From the NCBI GenBank assembly GCA_965261825.1, contig CBDHED010000003.1, forward strand, positions 135,090 through 199,089: DNA of 64,000 nucleotides, given 5' to 3'. The notes under the pieces are model-generated. The model was not told where the DNA came from and searched no databases. It saw nothing but the letters and a program-made list of their open reading frames with translations. The position numbers and the translations under genes are program-made. The stretch's first letter is position 1. Each line of letters opens with the position of its first letter. Source of the DNA: Dehalococcoidia bacterium (GTDB lineage: Bacteria > Chloroflexota > Dehalococcoidia > Lucifugimonadales > QGNO01). Below, one piece after another: positions 19,710 through 29,826 of this stretch.

Positions 19710-21007
19710 TGACGTCTCCTGCCCAAATGCGGGGAATGCTCGTCCATGTCATGGATGGGACTTCCTTTGTTCCTGACTCCGATCTGTCCCGTCACGCGGT
19801 GGAAGGCCTCACTCCCAAAGCGGCCGTTTTCCCCACTTCTGAAGAAGAGCTATCGGCCTTGCTCAAAGAGGCAAATGAAAAATGTTGGGCTGTAGCGCCC
19901 AAAGGGTCGGGAAACGCCGATCGATTGGGGAACTTGCCGGAAAGATTGGATGTTGTGGTTGGCGCCGAAATGCTGCCAAACCCTATCGACCATAATCCCG
20001 GTGATTTGACGATAAGCGTTGGCGCGGGGACTACGTTCGGACTGTTGCAGGAGCGGCTCGCCGAAGAGGGCCAGTGGCTGCCGCTGGATCCGCCGCTGGC
20101 CGGTAGGAGGACAGTGGGCGGCATACTTGCCGCAAACCTGGCCGGGCCGCTCAGCCTTTCCTACGGCGGTGCCCGTGATTTTGTACTGGGAGTGAGGGTT
20201 GCAAGCGCCGCTGGAACTGTTACCAAGAGCGGGGGGAACGTAGTCAAGAACGTTACCGGGTTCGATTTACCCAAACTGCACATAGGTGCGTTGGGGACGC
20301 TGGGCATAATCTTGCAGGCCACTTTCAAAGTGATTCCATTGCCCAAAGAGGACAGGACCCTGGCCGCTGAGTTCAACGATTTGGGCAAGGCGGTAGATGT
20401 CTGCCAGGAGATCGCTCGTTCTCCATACACCGGTCAGGCGATAGAGCTCATCAGGGGAAGCGACGGACGGAACCGGGTCTACGCCCGTTTCTTGGGCTCA
20501 GTCCCCTCTGTAGAAGTTCGACTGGAGAAGGGAAAGTCCTTGCTGGAGCAGGCTGGCGCTAAGAACGTCAACACCCTTGCCCAAGATCAAGCAAGAGCAC
20601 TCTGGGACGCCGTTACGGATTTTGGATGGAACGGCAGTGCGGAAGAAGAGATGCTGCTCAGCTTGGGGCACCTTCCATCTAAGACCAAGCCCGTGATCGG
20701 CGCAATATCCGAATATTGCATGCAAAACGGCTACAGTTTGGAAATGGCCGTCGGGCCGGCGCGGGGCGTTGTGAAGTGCAAGATTGTGGCTCCTTGCAAT
20801 CAAATGAGAAACGTAGTATCCAGCCTTAGGAGTATAGCTGCATCCGCCGATGGCTATGCGTTGGTAGAGCAGGCGCCTCTGCAGGTAAAGGCTGAGTTGG
20901 ACGTGTGGGGTGACCCGGGCCCGGCCCTGCATCTGATGCGGCGATTGAAGAACAGAATGGATCCCAACCGTATTCTCAATCCCGGCAGATACGTGGGAGG
21001 TATCTGA
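19709..21007 (+). CDS. glcE: glycolate oxidase FAD-binding subunit GlcE
   Basis: FAD-binding PCMH-type domain (PKGSGN...). Its start overlaps the glcD stop by 1 nt. Confidence 0.75.
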   Translation: MTSPAQMRGMLVHVMDGTSFVPDSDLSRHAVEGLTPKAAVFPTSEEELSALLKEANEKCWAVAPKGSGNADRLGNLPERLDVVVGAEMLPNPIDHNPGDLTISVGAGTTFGLLQERLAEEGQWLPLDPPLAGRRTVGGILAANLAGPLSLSYGGARDFVLGVRVASAAGTVTKSGGNVVKNVTGFDLPKLHIGALGTLGIILQATFKVIPLPKEDRTLAAEFNDLGKAVDVCQEIARSPYTGQAIELIRGSDGRNRVYARFLGSVPSVEVRLEKGKSLLEQAGAKNVNTLAQDQARALWDAVTDFGWNGSAEEEMLLSLGHLPSKTKPVIGAISEYCMQNGYSLEMAVGPARGVVKCKIVAPCNQMRNVVSSLRSIAASADGYALVEQAPLQVKAELDVWGDPGPALHLMRRLKNRMDPNRILNPGRYVGGI

Positions 21008-21008
21008 G

Positions 21009-22292
21009 GTGGTGCGGCAACAGGCCCCAGGCCATCCCGTCTTTGCCGGACCCCGTGACGAAGACCTGTACAAGTGCGTACATTGCGGTCTGTGCCTCAA
21101 TGCTTGCCCCACATATCTGGAGACCGGCCTTGAAACCGAATCACCGCGGGGACGTATTGCACTTATGAAGGCGGTGCGCGAAGACCGCGTCTCCTATACC
21201 AGGCAAGTAACGTCGCATATGGACTTGTGCTTGCAATGCCGTGCCTGCGAAGTGGTGTGCCCTTCCGGCGTCCCCTTCGGCAGACTAATGGAGGCAACGC
21301 GGGAAGAGATATCCAAGCAAAAGAGAGCGCCGCTATGGAAGAGATTCGCTTTGAATCTTGCCTTTCACCATCTCCTATCCTACCCCGGGCGCTTGTATAC
21401 TTTGGGCACGGCGCTGCGGCTATACCAGCGGACCGGCCTGCCCCGGCTGCTCTGCCGGGTCCCTGGAATGGCCGACAGGTTCCACAGGCAACTGCCAAAG
21501 ATCCCTGGCAAGTTTTTCAAACCGCCGGGAGATGTTGCTGCCCTCCGCATCAAAGCCAGAGCCAAGGTCTTCCTGCTCTCCGGTTGCGTTATGCCGTTGA
21601 CCCATGGCCCGACAATGGAAGCCGCTGTACGCGTGCTTACAAGGAACGGTTGCCAGGTGGCAGTGCCCCAAGACCAGGTTTGCTGCGGCGCTTTGAATCT
21701 GCACGGTGGAGACAGGCGGCAGGCACAGAGCATGGCACGGCGTAATATCGATGTTTTCTTGGGTGAAGACGTGGACGCCGTGGTGGTGGCATCGGCGGGG
21801 TGTGGCTCCACAATGAAGGAATACGACGACCTTTTGCACGACGACCCTGAATATGCGGAGAAAGCGCAAGTCCTCAGCGCCAAAGTTAAGGACATCTCTG
21901 AGTTCTTGGTCGGCTTGCCCTGGGAGCCCCCCAAGGGAAAGATGCCCATTCGGGTAACGTACCAGGATGCGTGCCATCTGGCCCACGCTCAGCGGATAAT
22001 GGAGGCGCCTCGCCGCCTGCTTCAGTCGATACCCGAGCTGCAACTGGTGGAGATGGAAGATTCCAGCCGCTGTTGTGGAGCCGCCGGTTTGTACAGCACG
22101 TTGCAGCCGGAGATGTCGCGCCGGCTTCAGAGGAACAAGGTGTTGTCTGTGCTGGCCACGGGTTCGGAAGTGATGGCCACGGCCAACCCCGGTTGCGCAA
22201 TTCAAATGGAGACGGGACTTAGGGAAGCAGCCAGCCCGGTTAGGGTGAGTCACGTAATAGACCTCTTGGATCAGGCTTACGCCTTGGAGTAG
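21009..22292 (+). CDS. glcF: glycolate oxidase iron-sulfur subunit GlcF
   Basis: Two ferredoxin-type clusters (CVHCGLCLNACPTY and CLQCRACEVVCPSGV) plus two CCG domains. Confidence 0.85.
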   Translation: MVRQQAPGHPVFAGPRDEDLYKCVHCGLCLNACPTYLETGLETESPRGRIALMKAVREDRVSYTRQVTSHMDLCLQCRACEVVCPSGVPFGRLMEATREEISKQKRAPLWKRFALNLAFHHLLSYPGRLYTLGTALRLYQRTGLPRLLCRVPGMADRFHRQLPKIPGKFFKPPGDVAALRIKARAKVFLLSGCVMPLTHGPTMEAAVRVLTRNGCQVAVPQDQVCCGALNLHGGDRRQAQSMARRNIDVFLGEDVDAVVVASAGCGSTMKEYDDLLHDDPEYAEKAQVLSAKVKDISEFLVGLPWEPPKGKMPIRVTYQDACHLAHAQRIMEAPRRLLQSIPELQLVEMEDSSRCCGAAGLYSTLQPEMSRRLQRNKVLSVLATGSEVMATANPGCAIQMETGLREAASPVRVSHVIDLLDQAYALE

Positions 22293-22294
22293 AC

Positions 22295-23407
22295 ATGGGT
22301 TGGTCCAGACATCATCCCATGGGCCTCATATTCTCTGCGCCGCAACTGTGCTATCCGGGGTATACCCTGTTTGCCAATGCTGGAGGCGGCGCTCAGCCTG
22401 GCGAGTCCGGTAAATACACCAACTTGATAGACCTGGAAGGACGCATATGCCATCGCTGGCGGCATGAGGAGGGTATCAGGTACGGACACCTGCTTCCCGG
22501 CGGGAACCTGCTCTTCCGCACTAGGCCGCCAGAAAGCGCCGACCTTCCCGGCCATGCCGGCGGCGCGGCGGCGGCGATAATCGAGATCGATTGGGATAGC
22601 AACGTGGTCTGGGAATACCGCGACCCCTACCTTCACCACGATTTCGTCAGACTGCCCAGTGGCAATACCTTGCTCCTTTTCTGGCAGCGCATGCCAGAGG
22701 AGTTGACCTCCCGTATACAGGGCGGATACAAGACGGACGACGACCCGGCGGCTATGTTTGGCGACGTGATACGGGAGGTTACACCTGGGGGAGACGTGGT
22801 CTTCGAGTGGCGTTCCTGGGAATGCCTGGATCCTTTGGAGAATATCATCTGCCCGCTGGAGAACCGCGAGGAGTGGACTCATGGAAACTCGCTGGCGGTC
22901 ATGCCAAACGGCGATATCCTGGTCAGCTTCAGAAAAACCAGCGCCATCGTCATAGTGTCCAGAGAAAGCGGGGAGATCAAATGGAAATGGGGCCCAGGCG
23001 AGGTATCGCATCAGCACCATGCATCGCCACTGGACAACGGGCGGTTGCTGCTGTTCGATAACGGGTCGCACCGCCGGGGCATGGACTATTCCAGGGTGAT
23101 AGAGGTTGACCTGTCCACGGGCCAAATCGGCTGGGAGTACCAGGGCGACCCACCCGTTTCTTTCTACAGCTATCACATCAGTGGAGCGGAGCGGCTGCCC
23201 AACGGCAACACGCTCATTTGCGAAGGCGCACACGGGCGGTTATTTGAAGTTAGTCCGGATAAGGATATAGTCTGGGAGTACGTAAATCCGTTCTTCTCTT
23301 CTGGTCCTGGCGTGGAACGCGCCAACTGGGTGTTCCGGGCGCACAGGTACGGCCCGGATCATCCTGCCCTTAGAGGAAGAGACCTGCGGCCCAAGCTGCT
23401 ACAGTGA
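22295..23407 (+). CDS. arylsulfotransferase (ASST/Arylsulfotran_2)-like beta-propeller protein
   Basis: Repeated blades: HHDFVRLPSGNTLLLF, THGNSLAVMPNGDILVSF, HQHHASPLDNGRLLLFDNG, PNGNTLICEG. Confidence 0.55.
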   Translation: MGWSRHHPMGLIFSAPQLCYPGYTLFANAGGGAQPGESGKYTNLIDLEGRICHRWRHEEGIRYGHLLPGGNLLFRTRPPESADLPGHAGGAAAAIIEIDWDSNVVWEYRDPYLHHDFVRLPSGNTLLLFWQRMPEELTSRIQGGYKTDDDPAAMFGDVIREVTPGGDVVFEWRSWECLDPLENIICPLENREEWTHGNSLAVMPNGDILVSFRKTSAIVIVSRESGEIKWKWGPGEVSHQHHASPLDNGRLLLFDNGSHRRGMDYSRVIEVDLSTGQIGWEYQGDPPVSFYSYHISGAERLPNGNTLICEGAHGRLFEVSPDKDIVWEYVNPFFSSGPGVERANWVFRAHRYGPDHPALRGRDLRPKLLQ

Positions 23408-23431
23408 ACCGCGTTATTGCAAGGAGATTGT

Positions 23432-24466
23432 ATGGACATAGGAGTTGGTATAGACGGTTCTTTGGGTCTGTCTCTTCAAGACCAGGGGCAGGTATCCAGA
23501 GAAGCAGCGCGTTTGGGCTATTCCAGTATATGGACGCCGGAGGGGCCTGGCCTAGATTCCTTCCATCTCTGCCAGCTGCGATGGGCGGCTACCACCGGTG
23601 TTGTGGACGGCGGGCTGACCACCGGCATTTCCGTGTCGCCGGTGGCTCTACGCGGGCCGGTGGCGCTGGCGATGAGTGCGGGAACGCTGAGCCAGATTAC
23701 GGGAGGGCGGTTCCTGCTTGGAATAGGCGTCGGAGGGTTGTACCAGGAGGAGACACGCCGCGCTTTTGGTGTGCCGGAGGCCTCGCCGGTGCAGCTGATG
23801 AGGGAATACCTGACAACCATCAGAGGATTGCTGGCGGGTGAGGTGGTTACCTACGAGGGCAGGGTTGTGGACCTGAGTGGCGTTCAGCTTGCCTTTGATT
23901 CCTCGCCCCGTACGCCCATATACCTTGGTGCTCTTGGGCCCCAGATGTTGAGACTGGCCGGCCAGCTTGCTGATGGCGTCGCATTGAACTGGTGCACGCC
24001 TGAGCAAATTGCTTGGAGCAGAGAAAGGGTTGCAGAGGGTGAGGCGAAGGCAGGCCGCGAACCGGGTTCCGTGAAAGTCGTCGAGTATATAAGGATGTGC
24101 CTGGATGAAGACGAAGACCTGGCCAGGCGTGCCTTTGTAGCCGCTATGCTTGGTTACGCGCTGGGGCAGCCCGGAACTCGGAGACCGCGTGGTTTGGGAT
24201 ATAGAGCACATTTCGATAGAATGGGATTTGCCGATCTGCTTTCTGACCTGGATGAAATGAGGAACAACGGGGTGCCGGAGGACAGGATAATAGAGGCCTT
24301 TCCGCCGGAGATGGCGTTGCGCGTAGGCTACTTTGGCAAGCCGTCCGGTGCGGCCGAGGCCTTCCGCAAGTTGTCTCAAGGATTGGATACAGCAGTGGCG
24401 CGGGTGGTAGTGACCCGCCCAGGAGTAGGGCCCGTAACGGCAACTATGGAGGCTTGTAGGCCGTGA
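23432..24466 (+). CDS. LLM-class (luciferase-like) flavin/F420-dependent oxidoreductase
   Basis: TIM-barrel LLM pattern: LGYSSIWTPEG..., GRFLLGIGVGG, LRLAGQLADGVALN. ATG 23432 with AAGGAG upstream. Confidence 0.8.
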   Translation: MDIGVGIDGSLGLSLQDQGQVSREAARLGYSSIWTPEGPGLDSFHLCQLRWAATTGVVDGGLTTGISVSPVALRGPVALAMSAGTLSQITGGRFLLGIGVGGLYQEETRRAFGVPEASPVQLMREYLTTIRGLLAGEVVTYEGRVVDLSGVQLAFDSSPRTPIYLGALGPQMLRLAGQLADGVALNWCTPEQIAWSRERVAEGEAKAGREPGSVKVVEYIRMCLDEDEDLARRAFVAAMLGYALGQPGTRRPRGLGYRAHFDRMGFADLLSDLDEMRNNGVPEDRIIEAFPPEMALRVGYFGKPSGAAEAFRKLSQGLDTAVARVVVTRPGVGPVTATMEACRP

Positions 24467-24517
24467 GTTGAAACCACAACTACGGCGTGAGTCTGCTTGA
24501 TATATAAGGAGGAGTAC

Positions 24518-25300
24518 ATGGCAGAGCTTTCAATGTTTGATCTGACGGATAGAGTGGCTATAGTGACCGGAGGCGGTCACGGAATCTCCAAAGCAGTCGC
24601 TTTGGGCTTCGCTCAAGCCGGAGCTCACGTGGCTATAGTGGACAAGGTTCCGGAGAGGGCGGAAGCCACCAGCGCCGCTATTGAAGACCTTGGCCGTGAA
24701 TCGCTGTTCGACACGGCTCACATAGGCTATGAAGACAAGGCCAGCGGGTTTGTAGGCAGAGTGCTGGATAAGTTTGGCCGCGTAGACATTCTGTTCAACG
24801 GAGCAGGCGGGATGCGTACTGCGGATGGGCTCTACTACGAAAAGCCGGTGGAGGAGTTGACCGAGGACGTACTGGATGAGGTCATTAGAAACAACGTGAA
24901 GTCGTGCTTCTTCATGTGCAAGGCTGTGGGGCCTACCATGCTAAACCAGGGCAAAGGCAGCATTATCAACGTGAGCTCGGTGAGCGGATACGAGCCTTCA
25001 CCCCGGCGCACGCCGTACGGTATCAGCAAGGCGGGCATCACCAACTTCACCAAGAGTCTTTCCGCGGAGTGGGGGCCAAAAGGCGTCCGCGTCAACGAAA
25101 TATGGCCGCTGGCGGTGACACGGCCCCAAGAAGAAAGATACCAGGACCAGGAGAACGTCAAGCGCCTTACCGACCGCATCGCAATCGGACGTCTCGGTGT
25201 GCCGGAGGACCACGTTGGCGCAGCCATATTCCTCGCTTCCGACGCCAGTGAGTGGGTCTGCGGAGCCACCTTCAGGGTAGACGGAGGCCGCACCGGCTAG
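24518..25300 (+). CDS. SDR-family oxidoreductase
   Basis: VAIVTGGGHGISKA (TGxxxGIG-like), NGAG, and S...YxxxK (YGISKAG). AAGGAGG Shine-Dalgarno before ATG 24518. Confidence 0.85.
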   Translation: MAELSMFDLTDRVAIVTGGGHGISKAVALGFAQAGAHVAIVDKVPERAEATSAAIEDLGRESLFDTAHIGYEDKASGFVGRVLDKFGRVDILFNGAGGMRTADGLYYEKPVEELTEDVLDEVIRNNVKSCFFMCKAVGPTMLNQGKGSIINVSSVSGYEPSPRRTPYGISKAGITNFTKSLSAEWGPKGVRVNEIWPLAVTRPQEERYQDQENVKRLTDRIAIGRLGVPEDHVGAAIFLASDASEWVCGATFRVDGGRTG

Positions 25301-25833
25301 GCAGGACAACTCCAGGGGTCATAGGGTTTAAGGACAAGCTTATTCTTGCGAGAGAGCGGATGCGTAGGTTCGCCACTCCCGTTGCATCCCAAGCAATAGA
25401 GTCGTTCTCTATGGCGCTTCAGCAGCTTGCGAACCTCATCGGCGCGGTTAAGCAGTCGACCATTGTCTCCCCAGGCGCAGACTATATGCAGCGCGTCTGA
25501 AACGGCATGTAGGATTGCACTGTTGTTATGAAGGCCTATAGGGTCTAAGACCGTAAGCAGATCATTCGGGTCCTTTGTACGGTACGCAAATAGGTTTACC
25601 ACTCGCAGGGCGCTGTACCTCCATTTAGCCAATTGAGTGACATACTTCAGGCATATATCGATCGTACGGTCAGTGAATATCTCGTCGGCGGTCGAGGGGT
25701 TTAGCATCAGGAAAGTGACGGGCTTTCCATTGCTGGACTGATTGCTTATCTGGGCTTCCCAGAGATAGCGGTATTTCCTGTCAGATGAGAACTCAGCACG
25801 GATGTTGATCGGTCGGATATCGCTCATGTTCAT
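25297..25833 (-). CDS. DUF1643 domain protein
   Basis: Motifs: RKYRYLW...VTFLMLNPSTADE..DRTI, VVNLFAYRT, IVCAWGDNG. The start was trimmed to ATG 25833 so it does not overlap the upstream aminotransferase gene. Confidence 0.7.
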   Translation of the reverse strand: MNMSDIRPINIRAEFSSDRKYRYLWEAQISNQSSNGKPVTFLMLNPSTADEIFTDRTIDICLKYVTQLAKWRYSALRVVNLFAYRTKDPNDLLTVLDPIGLHNNSAILHAVSDALHIVCAWGDNGRLLNRADEVRKLLKRHRERLYCLGCNGSGEPTHPLSRKNKLVLKPYDPWSCPA

Positions 25834-25855
25834 CCACCGGAAGTAGCCAGTAGAT

Positions 25856-27037
25856 CTAACCTGACAGAGCCCGCTCGGCGGCGGCAACGCCTTCGCCTCG
25901 CGCCACCTCGTACCCTTCCTTATCCAGCAACTCCTCAAGGGCGGACAGTACAGCCAGTACGCTTGCCGGATTTGAGTTCTCACCCATCAGGCCAATGCGC
26001 CAGATTCTGCCGGCAACAGGACCAAGGCCGCCGCCTATCTCTATGTTGTAGTCTATGAGCAGTGACCGGCGCACTTTGGCTTCGTCAATCCCCTCCGGGA
26101 CCCATACCGTGGTTAGCGTGGGCAGCCGGCTGTCCTCATCAGCGAACAGCTTCATCCCAAGTGCTTCCAGGCCGGTGCGCAGGGCGGCGGCGTTGTGCTC
26201 GTGCCTGGCAAAGCGGGCTTCCAAGCCCTCCTCCAGCACCACGCGCAAACCTTCCCGCAGCCCGTAGATCATGGAGATGGGGGCCGTGTGGTGATAGGCG
26301 CGGTTCTCGGACCAGTAGGATTTGAGCAGTGACATGTCCAAGTACCAGCTTTGCACCGGTGTCTTGCGGCTGTACAGCACCTCTTCGGCGCGCTTTCCCA
26401 GCGTGAGGGGAGATAGACCAGGCGGACAGCCCAGGCACTTCTGGGTTCCGCTGTACGACACGTCCCCATCCCACCTGTCCAAGGCCACTTCCAAGCCGCC
26501 CAACGATGTCACCGTATCTATGATGACCAGGGCGTCGTGCTCATGCGCAACCCTGGTTATCTCCTCGGCCGGACTCCGCACCCCCGTGGAAGTTTCGGCG
26601 TGCACCATGGCTACGGCTTTTACCGAGGCGTGGTTCTTGAGCTCCGCGCTGACTGCGTCGGGATCCAGAGGATGGCCCCATTCCGCCTCAACGCGGGCCA
26701 CGGTAGCGCCGGCGCGCTCTGCTATCTGAGCAAGCCTCTCGCCAAAGTATCCGTTGATGCCCACGACGACCGTGTCGCCCGGCTCTACGACATTGACTAC
26801 GGCGGCCTCCATACCCGCGGAGCCCGTACCGGAAACAGGTAGAGTTATCCCGTTGTCGGTTTGGAAGACCACGCGAAGCATGTCCCGCACGTCGTCCATG
26901 ACTTTTAGGAAGTCCGGGTCAAGGTGACCCAGCAAGGGCGCGGCCATAGCCTGAAGTACACGAGGGTTTACGTTGCTGGGCCCTGGCCCGAGTAGGAGCC
27001 TGACCGGGGGATTGAACTCTTCAAGATACTGTGGCAT
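25856..27037 (-). CDS. class-V aminotransferase (serine/alanine:glyoxylate aminotransferase type)
   Basis: [19 protein letters not shown]-terminus; SGTQKCLG contains the PLP-Lys region. 393 aa. Confidence 0.85.
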   Translation of the reverse strand: MPQYLEEFNPPVRLLLGPGPSNVNPRVLQAMAAPLLGHLDPDFLKVMDDVRDMLRVVFQTDNGITLPVSGTGSAGMEAAVVNVVEPGDTVVVGINGYFGERLAQIAERAGATVARVEAEWGHPLDPDAVSAELKNHASVKAVAMVHAETSTGVRSPAEEITRVAHEHDALVIIDTVTSLGGLEVALDRWDGDVSYSGTQKCLGCPPGLSPLTLGKRAEEVLYSRKTPVQSWYLDMSLLKSYWSENRAYHHTAPISMIYGLREGLRVVLEEGLEARFARHEHNAAALRTGLEALGMKLFADEDSRLPTLTTVWVPEGIDEAKVRRSLLIDYNIEIGGGLGPVAGRIWRIGLMGENSNPASVLAVLSALEELLDKEGYEVARGEGVAAAERALSG

Positions 27038-27167
27038 TCATGTCCTTTCGGTGGTTGGTAGTTTCACAAGCAATTCTGGCTGAAAATGAACAGCCAGCCC
27101 ATTATAACACTAGCCACAAATATGCGGTCTCCGCCCGGCCGGCTGGCCGTAAGACCGGCGGCCATCC

Positions 27168-27923
27168 CTATGGGACAACGTGGTCCGGTTCCAACCTGCT
27201 GGCAAGCTCTACCGTGTCCGCGGAGAGCGGGGCTTCTTCCAGATCGTATCTGGCGGAGAAGGCGTCGATTATGGCCTGCCGGACATCGTGGTAGGTTACA
27301 GCGCCAACCTCATCTCCAATGCTGCCCGCTGTCTCCGGGTCCCAATCGAACCCCAGATGTCTGTATACGGGCAGCAGCACGTCCCGGACCCGGCTTCTCC
27401 CGTTCACCACCACCACTCCTCCAACGTGGGCGGCGCTGGGGACAAGGCGCTGACCGACTCCCATGAGCTTCTTCACGCCGCGAGCGTTGACGCTATAAGC
27501 CCCAGGGCAGTATTCGCCGGGTATTTCGCCTACTCGTGCGTCCACTCCCAGCCTTCGAAAAGAATCCTCCATGATCCCGGCTACCTCTTCAAAGCGAGCT
27601 TTTACCCCTTCTCTGGGCTGCCGGTCCGGTAATGCCCAGGCAAAGGCCAGGGTGTCTTCGTGGAACACGGCGGCTTTGCCGCCAACCAGCCGTTGCACCG
27701 CCTCGAATCCGTTCTCTCTGGCCGCTTGAACAGCGGCTGCATAGCCGGGCGACCTGCTGTCTTGCCGGCCGAAGGCAACGATTGCAGAAGGCCTGTGGAG
27801 CCGCAGCGTCTCAGGCTCTTTTTCATCAGCAACCTTCAGCAATAAGGACCGCGATACAGCGGTATCCAAGGCAGGTCGCTGGAGGAAAGACTCCGTAGTC
27901 AGCCTGATGGTGCGCTTGTGCAT
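27168..27923 (-). CDS. lipoate/biotin protein ligase (BPL_LplA_LipB) family protein
   Basis: Motifs: LRLHRPSAIVAFGRQD, GGKAAVFHEDTLAFAW, KLMGVGQR. Confidence 0.7.
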   Translation of the reverse strand: MHKRTIRLTTESFLQRPALDTAVSRSLLLKVADEKEPETLRLHRPSAIVAFGRQDSRSPGYAAAVQAARENGFEAVQRLVGGKAAVFHEDTLAFAWALPDRQPREGVKARFEEVAGIMEDSFRRLGVDARVGEIPGEYCPGAYSVNARGVKKLMGVGQRLVPSAAHVGGVVVVNGRSRVRDVLLPVYRHLGFDWDPETAGSIGDEVGAVTYHDVRQAIIDAFSARYDLEEAPLSADTVELASRLEPDHVVP

Positions 27924-27948
27924 GAGCTGCGGTTATCTAAAGACAGTC

Positions 27949-29286
27949 CTAGTACCAATCCCTGTAGAACGTCTCGTAGGGAACGAAAGCAGGCCGCTGC
28001 GCATGGGGAACGGGAAGCGAGACAGGCCCTGCTTCCCTGGACGGCAGATAAACCGTACCTGTGCCGATGACCTGGGCCTCGCCGACTTGATTGAGTCCCT
28101 GGTACTTGATGCCCACGGCGTGATACTCCACCTTTCCTGAGACTGCGCCCTGACCGGAATCGCCTTCCTGGACATCTTTGAACTTCTTCACAACCTCGCC
28201 CGTGTAGGTGGTCACGTCTCCATAGTAGACCGGCTTGCGTAGAGCAATGACCAGACGCCGGATGAAGCCGTCGTCACCCATCCAGTTGCTGAACAGCTGC
28301 TCGCACATCTGGGTGCGCTGCACCCCGAAATCGAACGGGCCCGGCTGTCCGCGGTAGACAGCGGTGAGGGCGTCTTCGTGCTCGTTGCCCGGGCCGCGCC
28401 AGCGGGTGATGGGATGTACGTGGCCTACCTGGTTGATCCGCGCCCGCCTGTACATAGGTTCAAAAGAAAGCTCGTCACCCCCGGCAAGGGGCCCCGATAC
28501 CGTTGCATAGCTCAGCGAGTGATAGCAGACCTGGTCCTGCAGCGTCCACGGCGACAAGGTCACGGGGCCGACGGTATCGCCTTCTTCCACGTCCTCCCAG
28601 TAACGCGTCTCCGCGCCGCGCCGCGGCTCGTTTTTGATCTCGTTGAGCACTTCTTCTATCTGCTCGTTGCTGTACTGAGACGTCTTCCGTTCGTACAGCA
28701 TCTGCTCGCCCAGCCGTTCCACTGGCATGGAGCGGCTGCTCCCCATGCTGGACATTGGCACGTATATCTGTGTGCCGTAGCACTTGCCTAGGAGGTCGCC
28801 GTGGAAGTCCCAGTAGTGGTTGTCTGAGATGAAGAAGACCAGGTTGCCCCGGGAGCCCGGCTTTTCGAATATCTCCTTGGTCACTTTGGAGGAGCGGAAC
28901 TTCGTCCCTTCCCGGATGGTGTCGAAGAACTCCCACGCCGCGCCGGAAATGAAGTTGGCAAGGGGGTAGCCGCCGGGACGCACCGCACCGTGCACTGAGG
29001 GGTAGCGGACCAGAGCCATCGCCGGCCCCGGCGCTATCTGACTGCCGTAGCGGGTTGTCTTGCCGTATTCCGGGTCGGTGAACAGGGGGTTGTTGTCCCC
29101 AATTGACAAGGCGTACCTGGTGATGAAGTCAGAACTGAACCTTTGGGGGTACTCGTAGGGAGGCCCGGCGTGGTCATACGGCGCGGGCATCCATGGGGGC
29201 AGGTTCTCATCGGACTCTTGATCTATCTGCTCCCGTGACCTGGATAGAAACTCTGCAACTGCTTCTTCAAAAGTCTGCGTTGTCAT
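27949..29286 (-). CDS. double hot-dog fold (MaoC/FAS1-dehydratase-like) protein, paralog C
   Basis: Full-length paralog: TFEEAVAEFLSRS..., YALSIGDNNPLFTDPEYG, CYGTQIYVP, ...FVPYETFYRDWY. AAGGAG Shine-Dalgarno. Confidence 0.85.
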   Translation of the reverse strand: MTTQTFEEAVAEFLSRSREQIDQESDENLPPWMPAPYDHAGPPYEYPQRFSSDFITRYALSIGDNNPLFTDPEYGKTTRYGSQIAPGPAMALVRYPSVHGAVRPGGYPLANFISGAAWEFFDTIREGTKFRSSKVTKEIFEKPGSRGNLVFFISDNHYWDFHGDLLGKCYGTQIYVPMSSMGSSRSMPVERLGEQMLYERKTSQYSNEQIEEVLNEIKNEPRRGAETRYWEDVEEGDTVGPVTLSPWTLQDQVCYHSLSYATVSGPLAGGDELSFEPMYRRARINQVGHVHPITRWRGPGNEHEDALTAVYRGQPGPFDFGVQRTQMCEQLFSNWMGDDGFIRRLVIALRKPVYYGDVTTYTGEVVKKFKDVQEGDSGQGAVSGKVEYHAVGIKYQGLNQVGEAQVIGTGTVYLPSREAGPVSLPVPHAQRPAFVPYETFYRDWY

Positions 29287-29600
29287 TGCTCCGCTCCTTA
29301 ACGCCTTGTGTTAGGCTAATTATTGTCTCTGCCGGACTAAGCGGGGTAGGGGATAGCTTTGAATCGACTGCTCAATCCGGCCTGACCCTGCGATTCTATC
29401 ATCTGGTCCGGCATGGTCAATATTGCGCTGGGTGTGAAGTTCTGTTCCCGTTCCGCAACTTCACCGTTGACCACGTCGTACCCAAGTCCAGGGGAGGCAC
29501 CGATCACATAGAGAACTTGCAGCTACTGTGCGGCGCCTGCAACAGCATGAAGGGGACCAAGACGCAGGCAGAGTTTCTGGCTGCGCTGCGGAGCAGGTAG
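29286..29600 (+). CDS. small HNH endonuclease; start uncertain and possibly N-terminally truncated
   Basis: CAGCEV...DHVVPKSRGGTDHIENLQLLCGACNSMKG is a complete HNH/His-Me finger. There is no in-frame ATG or GTG between the hot-dog C start and the domain; only TTG at 29280 and 29286. Confidence 0.6.
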   Translation: MLRSLTPCVRLIIVSAGLSGVGDSFESTAQSGLTLRFYHLVRHGQYCAGCEVLFPFRNFTVDHVVPKSRGGTDHIENLQLLCGACNSMKGTKTQAEFLAALRSR

Positions 29601-29826
29601 GCGTAAGGACTAGTATTTTTGTTCTATGGTGCAACCAGCCCTAACTGAAGGAATGGCTGCTGAAGCAGCCGTGTTAGAATGGAGTGAATGTCAAGAAAGG
29701 GGGGCTTGAACCATGGACATTTTCCAGGGCTTCGATACTAGCCTAGTCGTCTTCTTGGCAGCACTCGAAACAACCGTACAAAGAAGTCGTTGGTCTAGTT
29801 ACTAACATTAGGTACTAGGATTATCT

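Noticed and set aside
23404-23841. 145-aa ORF overlapping the start of the LLM oxidoreductase gene in another frame.
   Set aside because: It is an Arg/Gly-rich shadow ORF with no motifs. The LLM frame has clear family similarity and its own Shine-Dalgarno.
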